Shown here: in pieces, positions 40,881 through 51,308 of the stretch
How positions within the stretch are numbered: the first letter of the stretch is position 1
How the letters are laid out: every line of letters begins with the position of its first letter
Assembly: GCA_016699915.1 (NCBI GenBank)
Contig: CP064990.1
Coordinates: 256,671 to 320,670, forward strand
Reading direction: 5' to 3'
Length of the DNA stretch: 64,000 nucleotides
From: Neisseriales bacterium
GTDB lineage: Bacteria > Pseudomonadota > Gammaproteobacteria > Burkholderiales > Q3-R57-64
The notes under the pieces: generated by a model
What the model saw: the letters and a program-made list of their open reading frames with translations, nothing else
Told to the model about the DNA's origin: nothing
Database searches by the model: none
Translations under genes and position numbers: made by a program

Positions 40881-42058
40881 GATGAAACCTTGTAGTATCC
40901 ATGCATAATGCGTTTATTTTCCCAATCCACCCTCAATACTATACAAAGCGCCACTAAATTAGCAACGAGAGCTGATCCACCAAATGACATCAATGGCATC
41001 GTCATACCTTTTGTTGGCAAAATTCCCATGCTAACGCCCATATTAAGAAACGCTTGTAACCCAATCCAAATACCAATGCCCTTAGCAACCAAAGCACCAT
41101 AATAACGCTCTAGCTTTCTGGCTTGTTCTCCAATACGAAAAGTGCGCCATACAATCCATGCATAAGTTGTAATCAGCAAGCAAACCCCAATCACACCAAA
41201 TTCTTCAGCAATGACAGCCATAATAAAATCCGTATGTGGTTCAGGTAAATACGCTAATTTTTGTATCCCACCACCTAATCCCATGCCAGACCACTTGCCT
41301 AATCCAAAGGCAATAAGCGAGTTGGTTAACTGATAACCCTTATCATAAGGGTCATCAAAAGGCGCAATAAATCCTAATACCCGACGCATCCGATAAGGTT
41401 CAATCAGGATAAGCAAAATTAATGTCACGAGTGCCAACAGTATTGAACCACTAAATACCCAACCATTTACACCGCCTAAAAATAGTAAACAAAAGATGAT
41501 GACTATAATAACAACCAATGCACCAAAATCAGGTTCGAGTAAGAGTAATACCCCAATAAGCAACATCGGCGCAATGGCTGGCAAAAACCCTCTTTGGATA
41601 TTATCCAATACCGTTTGTTTTCGTATCAAATAACTTGCTGTATAAAGAACACAAGCAAATTTCATCAATTCAGAAGGCTGAATGTGAAACCACAATAATG
41701 TTATCCAACGACGTGAACCATTGACTGTGTGCCCGATACCTGGCACCAAAACCAATACAAGCAATAACAACGCAACGCCAAAAATAGGCGTTGCGTATTG
41801 TTCCCAAATCCGTAATGGTACGCAAAACGCAATCCAACCGATGGTCATTGCTATGACAATGGACACGGCATGGTAATATAGGTAGTAGTAAGGATTACCA
41901 GTATGAGAAAAATGTTCAGCAACAGCAATTGAGGCAGAATACACCATCGTTAGGCTAAATAACAAAAGACCAAGCACAACAAAAGTCAGGGCTTCATCAT
42001 ATTTTTTAGTGTGGACAAGTGGTGGTTTTGTCCATATTTTTTTTAGCAGGTTGTACAT
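40877..42058 (-). CDS. ftsW: peptidoglycan glycosyltransferase / lipid II flippase FtsW (SEDS family)
   Basis: A ~10-TM protein. 'LPEPHTDFIMAVIAEEFG'. It lies between murD and murG. Confidence 0.93.
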   Translation of the reverse strand: MYNLLKKIWTKPPLVHTKKYDEALTFVVLGLLLFSLTMVYSASIAVAEHFSHTGNPYYYLYYHAVSIVIAMTIGWIAFCVPLRIWEQYATPIFGVALLLLVLVLVPGIGHTVNGSRRWITLLWFHIQPSELMKFACVLYTASYLIRKQTVLDNIQRGFLPAIAPMLLIGVLLLLEPDFGALVVIIVIIFCLLFLGGVNGWVFSGSILLALVTLILLILIEPYRMRRVLGFIAPFDDPYDKGYQLTNSLIAFGLGKWSGMGLGGGIQKLAYLPEPHTDFIMAVIAEEFGVIGVCLLITTYAWIVWRTFRIGEQARKLERYYGALVAKGIGIWIGLQAFLNMGVSMGILPTKGMTMPLMSFGGSALVANLVALCIVLRVDWENKRIMHGYYKVSS

Positions 42059-43404
42059 ATCGGTTTCAGGGATGACACCGCATCACGGAAGACTTGTGCA
42101 CGATGGGCATAGTTATTAAACATATCAAAACTAGCACAAGCAGGAGAAAGAAGAACCGTATCACCCGCTTTGGCTAAGTTGGTAGCTACCCATGTTGCTT
42201 CTTCCAATGTTTGGCAATGTTGAATAGGTAAGCGAAGCCCTGCAATGGCTTCATGAATCTTCTGCGCATCTTCTCCAATTAATACAACCGCTCTGCCGAC
42301 CTTTTGCAATGCGTTGTTGAGTAGGGAAAAGTCCTGCATTTTGCCTGCTCCTCCTGCGATCAGCACCACCTTTTTTGGCATACTCAATAGTGCCGCTTCG
42401 GTAGCAGCAACGTTGGTACCTTTTGAGTCATCAATGTAAGTTATCCCATTGATTTGATCAACCCGTTCAATGCGATGTGGCAAACCGCGAAAAGTTTTGA
42501 GACCAGTAAGTAATGGCGCACGAGGCAAGCGTAGTGCCTCACACAACGCTAAAGCAGCCAAAGCATTAGCCGCGTTATGTTTACCCAGCATTAGCAGTGC
42601 TTGCGTTGATAATAGAGATATGCCATCTGCTATGAGCACATCCCCTGCTGATACATGATAGTCCGCGTTTTGCCGCAGAGAAAATTGACGGATAACCCGC
42701 CCTTTTCTTTGCATCGCAAGACATAATGGGTCATCGGCATTAATTACCTGTACGCCTTGTCCATTAAAGATATGTGCTTTACTTGCCGCATAATGTAATA
42801 AGTCAGGATATCGATCAAGGTGATCTTCAGCAATATTCAACACAACTGCTGCATCAGCGTTTAAGGACTGTGTGACATCCAACTGAAAACTTGATAGTTC
42901 CAATACCCAATATGCTGGCATTCTGCCTTGCAGTTCTTTATCCCACAATGCCTTCAATATCGGCAACCCAATATTGCCTGCAACGACTGTATCACACTGG
43001 CAAATCCGACAGAGATGACCCACCCATTCTGTAACCGTACTTTTACCGTTTGAACCTGTAATTGCAATTACTTTTCCCGAAACATGATGCGAAAAAAGCC
43101 GTGCAAATAATTCAATATCGCCAAGAATGCTACCACCTTTTTGGCGAAAAGCCATGATATCTGGGTTAGCAAGCGGCACCCCTGGACTAACAAGCACATA
43201 ATCGGCTTGTTGCCAGTAACGATCTGCTAAGCGTTCTGTGTAAAGTGGTACGTTGGGTAATAACTGGGCAAATAACTCGCCTTTTGCTGGTATTTTTTGG
43301 TGATCAAACGCTACGACCTCTGCACCATGTTGTACGAGGTAAAAAGCACTTGCTAAGCCTGTATCTCCTAAACCCAGTACAATAAATTTTTTTCCAGCAA
43401 GCAT
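42043..43404 (-). CDS. murD: UDP-N-acetylmuramoylalanine--D-glutamate ligase
   Basis: 'VLGLGDTGLA' and 'ITGSNGKSTV'. 453 aa. Confidence 0.95.
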   Translation of the reverse strand: MLAGKKFIVLGLGDTGLASAFYLVQHGAEVVAFDHQKIPAKGELFAQLLPNVPLYTERLADRYWQQADYVLVSPGVPLANPDIMAFRQKGGSILGDIELFARLFSHHVSGKVIAITGSNGKSTVTEWVGHLCRICQCDTVVAGNIGLPILKALWDKELQGRMPAYWVLELSSFQLDVTQSLNADAAVVLNIAEDHLDRYPDLLHYAASKAHIFNGQGVQVINADDPLCLAMQRKGRVIRQFSLRQNADYHVSAGDVLIADGISLLSTQALLMLGKHNAANALAALALCEALRLPRAPLLTGLKTFRGLPHRIERVDQINGITYIDDSKGTNVAATEAALLSMPKKVVLIAGGAGKMQDFSLLNNALQKVGRAVVLIGEDAQKIHEAIAGLRLPIQHCQTLEEATWVATNLAKAGDTVLLSPACASFDMFNNYAHRAQVFRDAVSSLKPICTTC

Positions 43405-43407
43405 GAT

Positions 43408-44493
43408 TTATCGCAGTTTTAATGTTGTTAAACCGATTAGCACCAAAATCATGGTGATAATCCAAAAACGGACTACAATTTGTGTTTCTGTCCATCCCTT
43501 TAACTCATAGTGATGGTGTAAGGGTGCCATTTTAAAGATACGGCGACCCGTCAATTTAAAAGCGGTTACTTGTAAAACAACAGAAACCGCTTCTATTACA
43601 AATAATCCACCCATAATCAATAGCACAATTTCCTGACGCACGATCACAGCTACTACGCCTAGTGCAGCACCAAGTGGCAATGCGCCAGTATCGCCCATAA
43701 AAACTTGAGCCGGATAAGCGTTAAACCATAAAAATCCCAAACAAGCACCACAGATCGCTGCACAAAAAATTACCACTTCATGTGCGCCGGGCACGAAGGG
43801 CAATTGTAGATACTGAGCAAAAACAGTATGCCCTGCAACATAAGCAAATATTGCAAAACCAGCCGAAACTAAGACGACAGGTAGTGTTGCTAATCCGTCT
43901 AATCCATCGGTCAGATTAACAGCATTTGATGTACCAACAATCACTAAATAGGTTAATAAAAAAAAACCACAGGCACCCAAAGGATAGTTAATATGCTTGA
44001 AAAAAGGCACAATAAATTCGTAGGAGGCAGGTAATTTTGCGGTATAAAAAAGAAATATAGCAGCGACAATAGCCAAAACAGATTGCCAAAACATTTTGGC
44101 ATAAAATGATAGTCCACTGGTATGGTTATGCTTAATTTTGTGCCAATCATCGTAAAAACCTAATGTACCCATACCAAAGAGTATAGCAAGCAATAAAGCA
44201 ATATAATGATTCCCTAAGTCAGCCCATAGCAAAGTGCTTACCACAATGCATAACAAAATCAAAGCACCGCCCATGGTTGGTGTGCCCGTCTTGACAAGAT
44301 GCGATTGTGGGCCATCTGTACGAACAACTTGACCGACCTTAAATAGGGTCAGCTTACCAATGACATGCGTTCCCAATAATAGCGAGATAAAAAGAGCCGT
44401 TAAGCAAGCCATAACTGCCCGCAATGTCGTATAGTTTAGTACACCAAGACCGCGTATTTGCCCACCCCATAAATTCGCTAACCATAAAAACAT
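43408..44493 (-). CDS. mraY: phospho-N-acetylmuramoyl-pentapeptide transferase
   Basis: '[13 protein letters not shown]' and '[12 protein letters not shown]'. 361 aa. Confidence 0.97.
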   Translation of the reverse strand: MFLWLANLWGGQIRGLGVLNYTTLRAVMACLTALFISLLLGTHVIGKLTLFKVGQVVRTDGPQSHLVKTGTPTMGGALILLCIVVSTLLWADLGNHYIALLLAILFGMGTLGFYDDWHKIKHNHTSGLSFYAKMFWQSVLAIVAAIFLFYTAKLPASYEFIVPFFKHINYPLGACGFFLLTYLVIVGTSNAVNLTDGLDGLATLPVVLVSAGFAIFAYVAGHTVFAQYLQLPFVPGAHEVVIFCAAICGACLGFLWFNAYPAQVFMGDTGALPLGAALGVVAVIVRQEIVLLIMGGLFVIEAVSVVLQVTAFKLTGRRIFKMAPLHHHYELKGWTETQIVVRFWIITMILVLIGLTTLKLR

Positions 44494-44503
44494 CGCCGTT
44501 CAC

Positions 44504-45874
44504 CTAGTGTATCGTTCGTTGGGAAAAATATTGCACGACACGTTCCATTTTCATGGCACGCGAACCCTTGACTAAAACCGTACTTTGTTGATTAATCAAT
44601 ACTTCTAAACCCTGACATAAGGCTTTAATTGTCTCAAAGCAAAGCGCATTTTTGCCAAATGCTTTGGCAGCGCTTTGTGATAAAGTACCCAGTGTCAGTA
44701 GGTAATCGATCCCTTTTGCTTTGGCATAATATCCAATATCTTCGTGTTGTTGTTCAGCTTTTTCGCCTAATTCAGCCATATCACCCATGACCAAAATACG
44801 CGGTGTGCATCCGTTTGATGCTAATACATCAATTGCTGCTTTCATCGAATCCGGGTTAGCATTATAGGTGTCATCAATCCACAATCCACTGGCCATCTGC
44901 ATACTATTCAAGCGTCCTGGCGTACCTAAAAATAATGATAATCCTTGTGTAATGGTCAACAAAGGAACCTGCATTACGAACGCTGCAGTTGCCGCAGCTA
45001 ATGCATTATAAATATTATGTGCGCCTGGCATACGAAGCGTTACTGATGATATGCCTTGTGGCGTAACTAGGCTAAAGGTGCTGCTTAGCCCATTTAATTT
45101 GATATGGTCAGCATATACATCACCCTGATGTAACCCAAAATGGTAGCAAGTGTGCCCTTGTGCTTTGTGATCAAACAAAGTGGTATAGGGGTCGTCAGCA
45201 GGCATAATCGCAATACCAGAGCTATCTAGGTTTTCAAATATTTCAGCTTTTGCTGTTGCAATATCTCGTAGACTTGAAAAACCACCGCTCATGTGCGCAT
45301 GTCGGGCATTTAAAACCATGGCAATTGTAGGATGAGTCAATTGTGCTAAATAAGCAATTTCCCCCGCATGACTCATGCCCATTTCAATCACCGCATATTG
45401 ATGAAATGACGTCAAACCCAACAAGGTAAGTGGCAACCCAACATGGTTGTTAAAATTGCCTGGCGTTGCCCATACTGCATCGGCGCTACTTTGCACACTT
45501 AAAATTGACGCTAACATATTTTTAACTGTAGTTTTCCCGTTAGACCCGGTAATACCTACAACAGGTATTGCATGTAATTTTCGCCATTGTTGAGCCATAC
45601 GACCCAATTCATGGTAAGTGTCAGCCACTGGTAATACAAACTTATCAAAGCAAGAGTAGCCTTGATTAACCATCGCACCGATTGCACCTTGTTTGAAGGC
45701 TTGTCGAACAAAATCATGGCCATCAACATGCTGTCCTTTTAGCGCGACGAAAAAATCCCCTGTTTGCAATATACGTGTATCCGTAACAATTTTTCTGACA
45801 GGCTGATCCCAAGCAATGTGACTACTGACTTGATCATGTGCAATCAAACGCGCAATCCATCCCATCGTCATCAT
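44504..45874 (-). CDS. murF: UDP-N-acetylmuramoyl-tripeptide--D-alanyl-D-alanine ligase
   Basis: 'GITGSNGKTTVK'. 456 aa, between murE and mraY. Confidence 0.95.
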   Translation of the reverse strand: MMTMGWIARLIAHDQVSSHIAWDQPVRKIVTDTRILQTGDFFVALKGQHVDGHDFVRQAFKQGAIGAMVNQGYSCFDKFVLPVADTYHELGRMAQQWRKLHAIPVVGITGSNGKTTVKNMLASILSVQSSADAVWATPGNFNNHVGLPLTLLGLTSFHQYAVIEMGMSHAGEIAYLAQLTHPTIAMVLNARHAHMSGGFSSLRDIATAKAEIFENLDSSGIAIMPADDPYTTLFDHKAQGHTCYHFGLHQGDVYADHIKLNGLSSTFSLVTPQGISSVTLRMPGAHNIYNALAAATAAFVMQVPLLTITQGLSLFLGTPGRLNSMQMASGLWIDDTYNANPDSMKAAIDVLASNGCTPRILVMGDMAELGEKAEQQHEDIGYYAKAKGIDYLLTLGTLSQSAAKAFGKNALCFETIKALCQGLEVLINQQSTVLVKGSRAMKMERVVQYFSQRTIH

Positions 45875-47346
45875 GACTGCGTTCCCTGATACAATAATTG
45901 TTCAGCAATGTTAAAATCGGAAAAAGGCAGTTTATGGCCACCGATATCTTGGTGCTGTTCATGACCTTTTCCGGCAATCAGCACAATATCCTTTGCTGTT
46001 GCATGACGAATCGCCCACTCAATTGCCAAGGCACGGTCAACTTCAATATGCGACACATGATGCATACCCGATACAATATCTTGCACAATATGTTCTGATA
46101 CTTCAGTGCGTGGGTTATCACTTGTTACAACAGAAACATCAGCATTTTTTTCAACAACGTGACCCATCATGGGTCGTTTGCCATGGTCTCGATCCCCACC
46201 ACAGCCAAAGACACAGTACAGCTTGCCCTGTTCTGTCCGTAATTCAGATAATGATTTGAGGGCTGCTTGTAATGCATCGGGTGTGTGTGCGTAATCAATC
46301 ACCACGAGTGGTTTATTTCCTCCACCCAATCGCTGCATACGACCACAGACTGGCTCCATAAGGCTGAGCACATCACGCGCTTGAGATAATGGCACATCAT
46401 CCACACACAATGCAGCAAGACAAGCGAGTATATTGGAAATGTTAAAGCGCCCAATCAAGGAATTAGCAAGTTGAATATCACCCCATGGTGTATGAATATC
46501 AAGTACCATTCCCCCTTTAGAGACGTGGCAAGCAGTCAGATGAATATCACCTTGTTCCAGACCATATGTTAATAATTGCACAGCTTGTTGCTTAAGTTGT
46601 GCAGCTAATTGATAACCAAACTGGTCTGCTACATTAATAATGGCATAACGCAAGCTTTCCCAATAAAATAGCAGGCTTTTTGTGTAACCATAAGCTTGCA
46701 TAGTTTGATGGTAATCAAGATGATCCCTTGTCAAATTTGTAAAAATCGCTGTTTCAAATGGCACACCATTCACGCGCCCTTGATCTAGAGCATGAGAAGA
46801 AACTTCTATTGCTACAACTTTTGCTGATTGATGTGCAAAATGTGCTAATAATTGCTGCATGGTAATTGCGTCCGGCGTCGTATACGTGGTGTTGGACAAT
46901 TGGCTTAAAAAACCATTACCTACTGTACCGATAAGCGCTGCTTTCTTTTCCAAGATACCATAGGCTTGTGCTAACCAATGTGTAATGGAAGTTTTGCCAT
47001 TTGTGCCTGTTACGCCGATGATCCGCATGGCTTGGCTAGGATAATGCAATATATCTGCAACAATCATGCCAGCTTGTTGAGCAAGCTGCTTAACAGGCAA
47101 GTGATCAACTAACCAATTGGAGTTCCAACAAAAACCAGCATCATCTTCCCAAAAGACAACCGATGCACCTTGTCGAACCGCTTCGGCAATGTAATGTCTA
47201 CCGTCAGTATGATGACCTTGATAGGCCAAAAAAAGATCACCCTGCTTGACCAATCGGCTATCTGCCGTTACATGATTAACTTTATGGTAAAAAGGTCGGT
47301 AACGGGTCAAGTCGCATATCGGTAGCGGTTGTAAGCGACTTTTCAC
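45871..47346 (-). CDS. murE: UDP-N-acetylmuramoyl-L-alanyl-D-glutamate--2,6-diaminopimelate ligase
   Basis: 'GVTGTNGKTS' and 'TSDNPRTE' (DNPR motif). 491 aa. Confidence 0.95.
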   Translation of the reverse strand: MKSRLQPLPICDLTRYRPFYHKVNHVTADSRLVKQGDLFLAYQGHHTDGRHYIAEAVRQGASVVFWEDDAGFCWNSNWLVDHLPVKQLAQQAGMIVADILHYPSQAMRIIGVTGTNGKTSITHWLAQAYGILEKKAALIGTVGNGFLSQLSNTTYTTPDAITMQQLLAHFAHQSAKVVAIEVSSHALDQGRVNGVPFETAIFTNLTRDHLDYHQTMQAYGYTKSLLFYWESLRYAIINVADQFGYQLAAQLKQQAVQLLTYGLEQGDIHLTACHVSKGGMVLDIHTPWGDIQLANSLIGRFNISNILACLAALCVDDVPLSQARDVLSLMEPVCGRMQRLGGGNKPLVVIDYAHTPDALQAALKSLSELRTEQGKLYCVFGCGGDRDHGKRPMMGHVVEKNADVSVVTSDNPRTEVSEHIVQDIVSGMHHVSHIEVDRALAIEWAIRHATAKDIVLIAGKGHEQHQDIGGHKLPFSDFNIAEQLLYQGTQS

Positions 47347-47370
47347 ATGCTTCCTTTCTTTGTCAACAAG

Positions 47371-49086
47371 CTAGTCAGCAACAGTCAGTAGATTATTTAT
47401 AGACATATCAGGCGCTACGTCAAAACTACGCAAACAGCCATTCATAATGCGCGAAAAAATAGGACCTGCCACTGTTGTGCCGTAATAAAATCCAGCATGT
47501 GGCTCATCAATCATGACCGCGACAATAAAACGCGGTTTTGATAAAGCGGGCGCAAAACCGATAAATAAACTAGCATGTTTGTTGGGTTGATAGACACCGT
47601 TTTCAAGCTTACGTACCGTACCCGATTTTCCGGCTACGTGGTAACCCGATATTTGTATACTAGGCTGCCCAACAATGGTCAGCATTTGTCGCATTTGTCT
47701 GGCTGTACTATTAGCAATGACTTGCTCTCCCTCAGCTGGCATCGATACCTTAGCAAAAGAAACGGGCATTAACTTACCGCTAGTTGTAAAAATGGTATAG
47801 GCTCTGGCCATTTGTAATAAACTGGCCGCGACACCATACCCAAAAGACATCGTTGCTTGTTCTATAGGTCGCCAATTAACTGGGTTGCGTAGCCTGCCTG
47901 CGCTTTCCCCTGGAAAACCTGAATCCAATGAACGACCAAAACCGACGGTATGATAAAAATGCCACATCTCACGTGAACTAAACATGAGTGCAAGTTTGGA
48001 AACACCAACATTAGAGGATTTTTGTACAATGTTAGCCACATCCAAGCTGCGATGGGTTTTAACATCCCGCACCACAGCGCCATTAATAGTGTAGCTATTG
48101 GTATTCAGTACAGTATGTGGCGTTACTTTTCCGCTATCAATAGCCTTTGAAACCAAGATTGGCTTAATGGTTGAGCCTGGTTCTGTAAGATCAGTAATTG
48201 CACTATTGCGCCATTGTAGTGAACGCGTAGTTTGGCGATTATTAGGGTTATAAGAGGGATAATTTGCCATGGCTAAAATTTCGCCTGTTTGAGCATCCAG
48301 CACAACGACACTACCAGATTTGGCCTTGTTTTCTACTACGCCACGCCTAAGCTCACGATAAGCTAAATACTGGAGTTTCTGATCCATGGACAAGATAAGT
48401 TTTTGCCCATTTTTTGGTAATGTCACATCGGTCAAATCATCAACAATATGACCTAGTCGATCTTTAAGCACAACCCTTTTACCATTTTGCCCGGCTAGCT
48501 TATCGTTGTATGCCAACTCTAGACCTTCTTGACCTATTTTATCCACTCCTGTAAAACCGACTGCATGTGCGAATAATTCGCCGGTTGGGTAAAAACGCCG
48601 ATACTCAACTTGACTGGCAATACCTGGAATACCCAATTGCATCACTCGGTTAGCAAGTTCTGGTGCAATGTGACGTTTGATGTAAACAAATTCTCGCTTT
48701 TTATCAGCCAATTTTGCCTGAATAGTGCTCGGCAAGATGTTAAGTAAATGCGCTAATCGCTTTAATTGTTGATGTGACACTTTTTCCATGCTTGACGGGC
48801 TAGCCCAAATTGATTCCACACGTGCACTCACTGCTAACAAGGCACCATTTCGGTCTGTAATAACACCACGCGTTGCATGTAAAGTCAGCTCACGACAAAA
48901 ACGTGCCTCCCCCTGATTTTGTAAGAAATGCCCATTGCACAACAAAATGTAAAAAGCGCGAACCAATAACACTAAAAACAATGCGATAAAGATAAAGAGA
49001 ACAATACGAGACCGTTTAGACTGTTTATCTAATGGTGCAGGCTGTTTGCCGCTATAGCGAAAGTTTGTGTAAGTATAGCTACTCAT
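47371..49086 (-). CDS. ftsI: peptidoglycan D,D-transpeptidase FtsI (PBP3)
   Basis: SxxK 'GSTIKP', SxN 'SSNVG' and KSG 'AGKSGTV'. An N-terminal TM anchor. Confidence 0.95.
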   Translation of the reverse strand: MSSYTYTNFRYSGKQPAPLDKQSKRSRIVLFIFIALFLVLLVRAFYILLCNGHFLQNQGEARFCRELTLHATRGVITDRNGALLAVSARVESIWASPSSMEKVSHQQLKRLAHLLNILPSTIQAKLADKKREFVYIKRHIAPELANRVMQLGIPGIASQVEYRRFYPTGELFAHAVGFTGVDKIGQEGLELAYNDKLAGQNGKRVVLKDRLGHIVDDLTDVTLPKNGQKLILSMDQKLQYLAYRELRRGVVENKAKSGSVVVLDAQTGEILAMANYPSYNPNNRQTTRSLQWRNSAITDLTEPGSTIKPILVSKAIDSGKVTPHTVLNTNSYTINGAVVRDVKTHRSLDVANIVQKSSNVGVSKLALMFSSREMWHFYHTVGFGRSLDSGFPGESAGRLRNPVNWRPIEQATMSFGYGVAASLLQMARAYTIFTTSGKLMPVSFAKVSMPAEGEQVIANSTARQMRQMLTIVGQPSIQISGYHVAGKSGTVRKLENGVYQPNKHASLFIGFAPALSKPRFIVAVMIDEPHAGFYYGTTVAGPIFSRIMNGCLRSFDVAPDMSINNLLTVAD

Positions 49087-49360
49087 TGATCAAGCTTTTA
49101 TTAGCATTAATAACAACCGTTTCTTCTTTGCTTGGTATGTGCATACCTAAACGTGTGGTTGCTGCTTTATCCACTAAGTTATGTGCTCCCCAAGTACTTT
49201 GTTCCAGCTGCAGTTGTTCATACTCTGCATTGAGTTGTTCTATTTGGTTTTGTATCCTATCTAATTGGCTATAAATGGAACGCGCTTTATGCTGTGTAGT
49301 CACTACCCAAAGTGCAAAACCAACGATAGCAATTAATAAAACACCATTCAATTTCTTCAA
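49079..49360 (-). CDS. ftsL: cell division protein FtsL
   Basis: 93 aa with one TM followed by a coiled coil ('QIEQLNAEYEQLQLEQS'). It lies between rsmH and ftsI. Confidence 0.88.
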   Translation of the reverse strand: MKKLNGVLLIAIVGFALWVVTTQHKARSIYSQLDRIQNQIEQLNAEYEQLQLEQSTWGAHNLVDKAATTRLGMHIPSKEETVVINANKSLINE

Positions 49361-49365
49361 GCCAT

Positions 49366-50319
49366 CTACTCTCTTAACAAAGCGTGGCTACGCCTTGCAA
49401 CACGAAGTACAGCAGAACGCGCCCGCGGGTTCTGCTGTACTTCTTCTTTGCTTGCATGCTTGACACGATCAACGCAGTCCAATAATGGTTGGGCTAATTC
49501 ATGACTCCTTACTTTGACCCAACGGGGTAAATGATCAGCCCGGCTATAACAACGCATGAATCGCTTAACGATGCGATCTTCGAGCGAATGAAAGCTAATC
49601 ACTACGAGTTTTCCACCACACTTTAATCGCCGCACTATTTTCGGCAATACGGTCGCTAGAGAATTTAGCTCATCATTGATGTAAATTCTTAATGCTTGAA
49701 ATGTCCTTGTTGCAGGATGCTGTCCTGCTTCATAATGTTTAATTTGCTTCGCAACCAATGTTGCTAACTGACCCGTTGTAGCGATAGGGGACACAGCACG
49801 CTGTTTGACAATCGCACCAGCAATAGATTTTGCAAATCGCTCTTCTCCATAAGTACGAATCACCTGCTCAATATCTGATTGCGTGGCGTTTGATAACCAT
49901 TCGGCTGCCGTCATGCCACTACTCGTATCCATACGCATATCAAGCGGTGCATCAAAACGAAAACTAAATCCACGCTTTGCATCATCTAATTGCATTGAAG
50001 ACATTCCTAAGTCATAAAGCGCACCATCAATTTGGTCTATACCCATACGATCTAATACCAACTCAACATGCACAAAATCACTATGTACCATATCAAATCG
50101 TCCATCTTCCTTAGACAGTGCAGATCCAATAGCAACCGCATACGGATCTTTATCTAACGCAATAAGACGTCCCGATGCACTCAATCTGTCTAATATGGAT
50201 TGACTATGCCCACCATATCCAAAAGTGTTATCTAAATACACACCTGCTTTTTTGGTAATCAATGCGTTAGCCGATTCGCTACACAACACACTTTGATGGT
50301 GTAATGCCTGATCATTCAT
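49366..50319 (-). CDS. rsmH: 16S rRNA (cytosine1402-N4)-methyltransferase
   Basis: 'DNTFGYGGHS' and 'ISFHSLEDRIVK'. Confidence 0.96.
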   Translation of the reverse strand: MNDQALHHQSVLCSESANALITKKAGVYLDNTFGYGGHSQSILDRLSASGRLIALDKDPYAVAIGSALSKEDGRFDMVHSDFVHVELVLDRMGIDQIDGALYDLGMSSMQLDDAKRGFSFRFDAPLDMRMDTSSGMTAAEWLSNATQSDIEQVIRTYGEERFAKSIAGAIVKQRAVSPIATTGQLATLVAKQIKHYEAGQHPATRTFQALRIYINDELNSLATVLPKIVRRLKCGGKLVVISFHSLEDRIVKRFMRCYSRADHLPRWVKVRSHELAQPLLDCVDRVKHASKEEVQQNPRARSAVLRVARRSHALLRE

Positions 50320-50762
50320 AATGAAAACTCATCCAGTGCCATGTTTAAAACTTTTCTGTCTAGAATCAAAGCCGCTTCCGTCTCCGCTTTCCAGTCTTGT
50401 GCGTTCCATAACTCAAAACGGTTACCCATTCCAACAAGTCCCACTTCTTTGTTTAAAAAAACCAATTCCCGTAAACAAGTAGGAATCAAAATACGTCCAA
50501 AACCATCCATTTCCAAGGTTTCAGCATGCCCAAGCATTAAACGCTGATAAGCTTTAAGCATAGGGTTGCCGACGGGTAACGCAATGAGTTTTTGCTCAAC
50601 AAGTCGCCATTGTGATTCTGGGTAAATCAAAAGATGGTTTTTTGCTTCTAGGGTAACCACTAACGTTGGGCTAAAATTTGTCAATAACACTTCTCGATGT
50701 TTAGCGGGGATCGCTAAGCGCCCTTTATTATCCAAATTGAGAATATTTACACCGCCAAACAT
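50316..50762 (-). CDS. mraZ: transcriptional regulator MraZ
   Basis: Duplicated DxxxR motifs, 'DNKGRLAIP' and 'DGFGRILIP'. 148 aa. Confidence 0.96.
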   Translation of the reverse strand: MFGGVNILNLDNKGRLAIPAKHREVLLTNFSPTLVVTLEAKNHLLIYPESQWRLVEQKLIALPVGNPMLKAYQRLMLGHAETLEMDGFGRILIPTCLRELVFLNKEVGLVGMGNRFELWNAQDWKAETEAALILDRKVLNMALDEFSL

Positions 50763-50832
50763 GTCATGAACCTCATTGACTGAAGTTGGTCAATACATGC
50801 CCCACCCTAAAAAAAGTAGTACGTGCATATTT

Positions 50833-50872
50833 TACCCACTTTAATCCATTTTTATCCACTTTATGCCACTTT
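50833..50872 (-). promoter_or_regulatory. MraZ-type operator: four tandem 10-bp direct repeats
   Basis: The minus strand reads AAAGTGGCAT AAAGTGGATA AAAATGGATT AAAGTGGGTA (plus strand tacccacttt aatccatttt tatccacttt atgccacttt). It lies 71-110 nt upstream of the mraZ ATG. The GTGG core with 10-bp periodicity matches described MraZ boxes. Confidence 0.7.
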
Positions 50873-50897
50873 TAGAGAATTAGGCAATATTTGTCAA
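50869..50897 (-). promoter_or_regulatory. candidate sigma70 promoter of the dcw operon (Pmra)
   Basis: On the minus strand, TTGACA (50897-50892), a 17-nt spacer, then TAAAAG (50874-50869). The -10 element overlaps the first operator repeat. Confidence 0.45.
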
Positions 50898-51308
50898 GCA
50901 AAAAATAGCTCTTATGCTGAAAAAATAATGGGACGTGACATGCGAAACCATCTGTGTGCGCAAAAATAAGCATTGTCAGCAACAAGTTTTGTGCTAATTT
51001 CATCCAAATGGTATGTTGAACAACTTATGTTACAGTGTAGTCAAAATATACAAAGTAAGTAGCGCAGAAAGAAAAACTGATCAGCAATGATTGCAGTAGT
51101 TAAAAAGTACTGCATAGGAAAATCAACGTGCTGCTATTCTTGCATAACAAGCTTTTCCCAAATTATCATTTACAATGTGTCTCATCTGAATTGACTCTTA
51201 GGGTTTTTTGTTATAGTTAGCGGTTCGGGTGCATTCATTAAAACTTAAAAAAACTGAGGCTCGTTTTGGTTTATTATATTTTTACGATACGACCAATCCT
51301 CTATTACT

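Noticed and set aside
50763-51308. A possible RNase P RNA (rnpB) upstream of mraZ, as in some proteobacteria.
   Set aside because: I found none of the universally conserved rnpB elements (GAGGAAAGUCCGGGC, ACAGAAxxCGGCUUA) on either strand.
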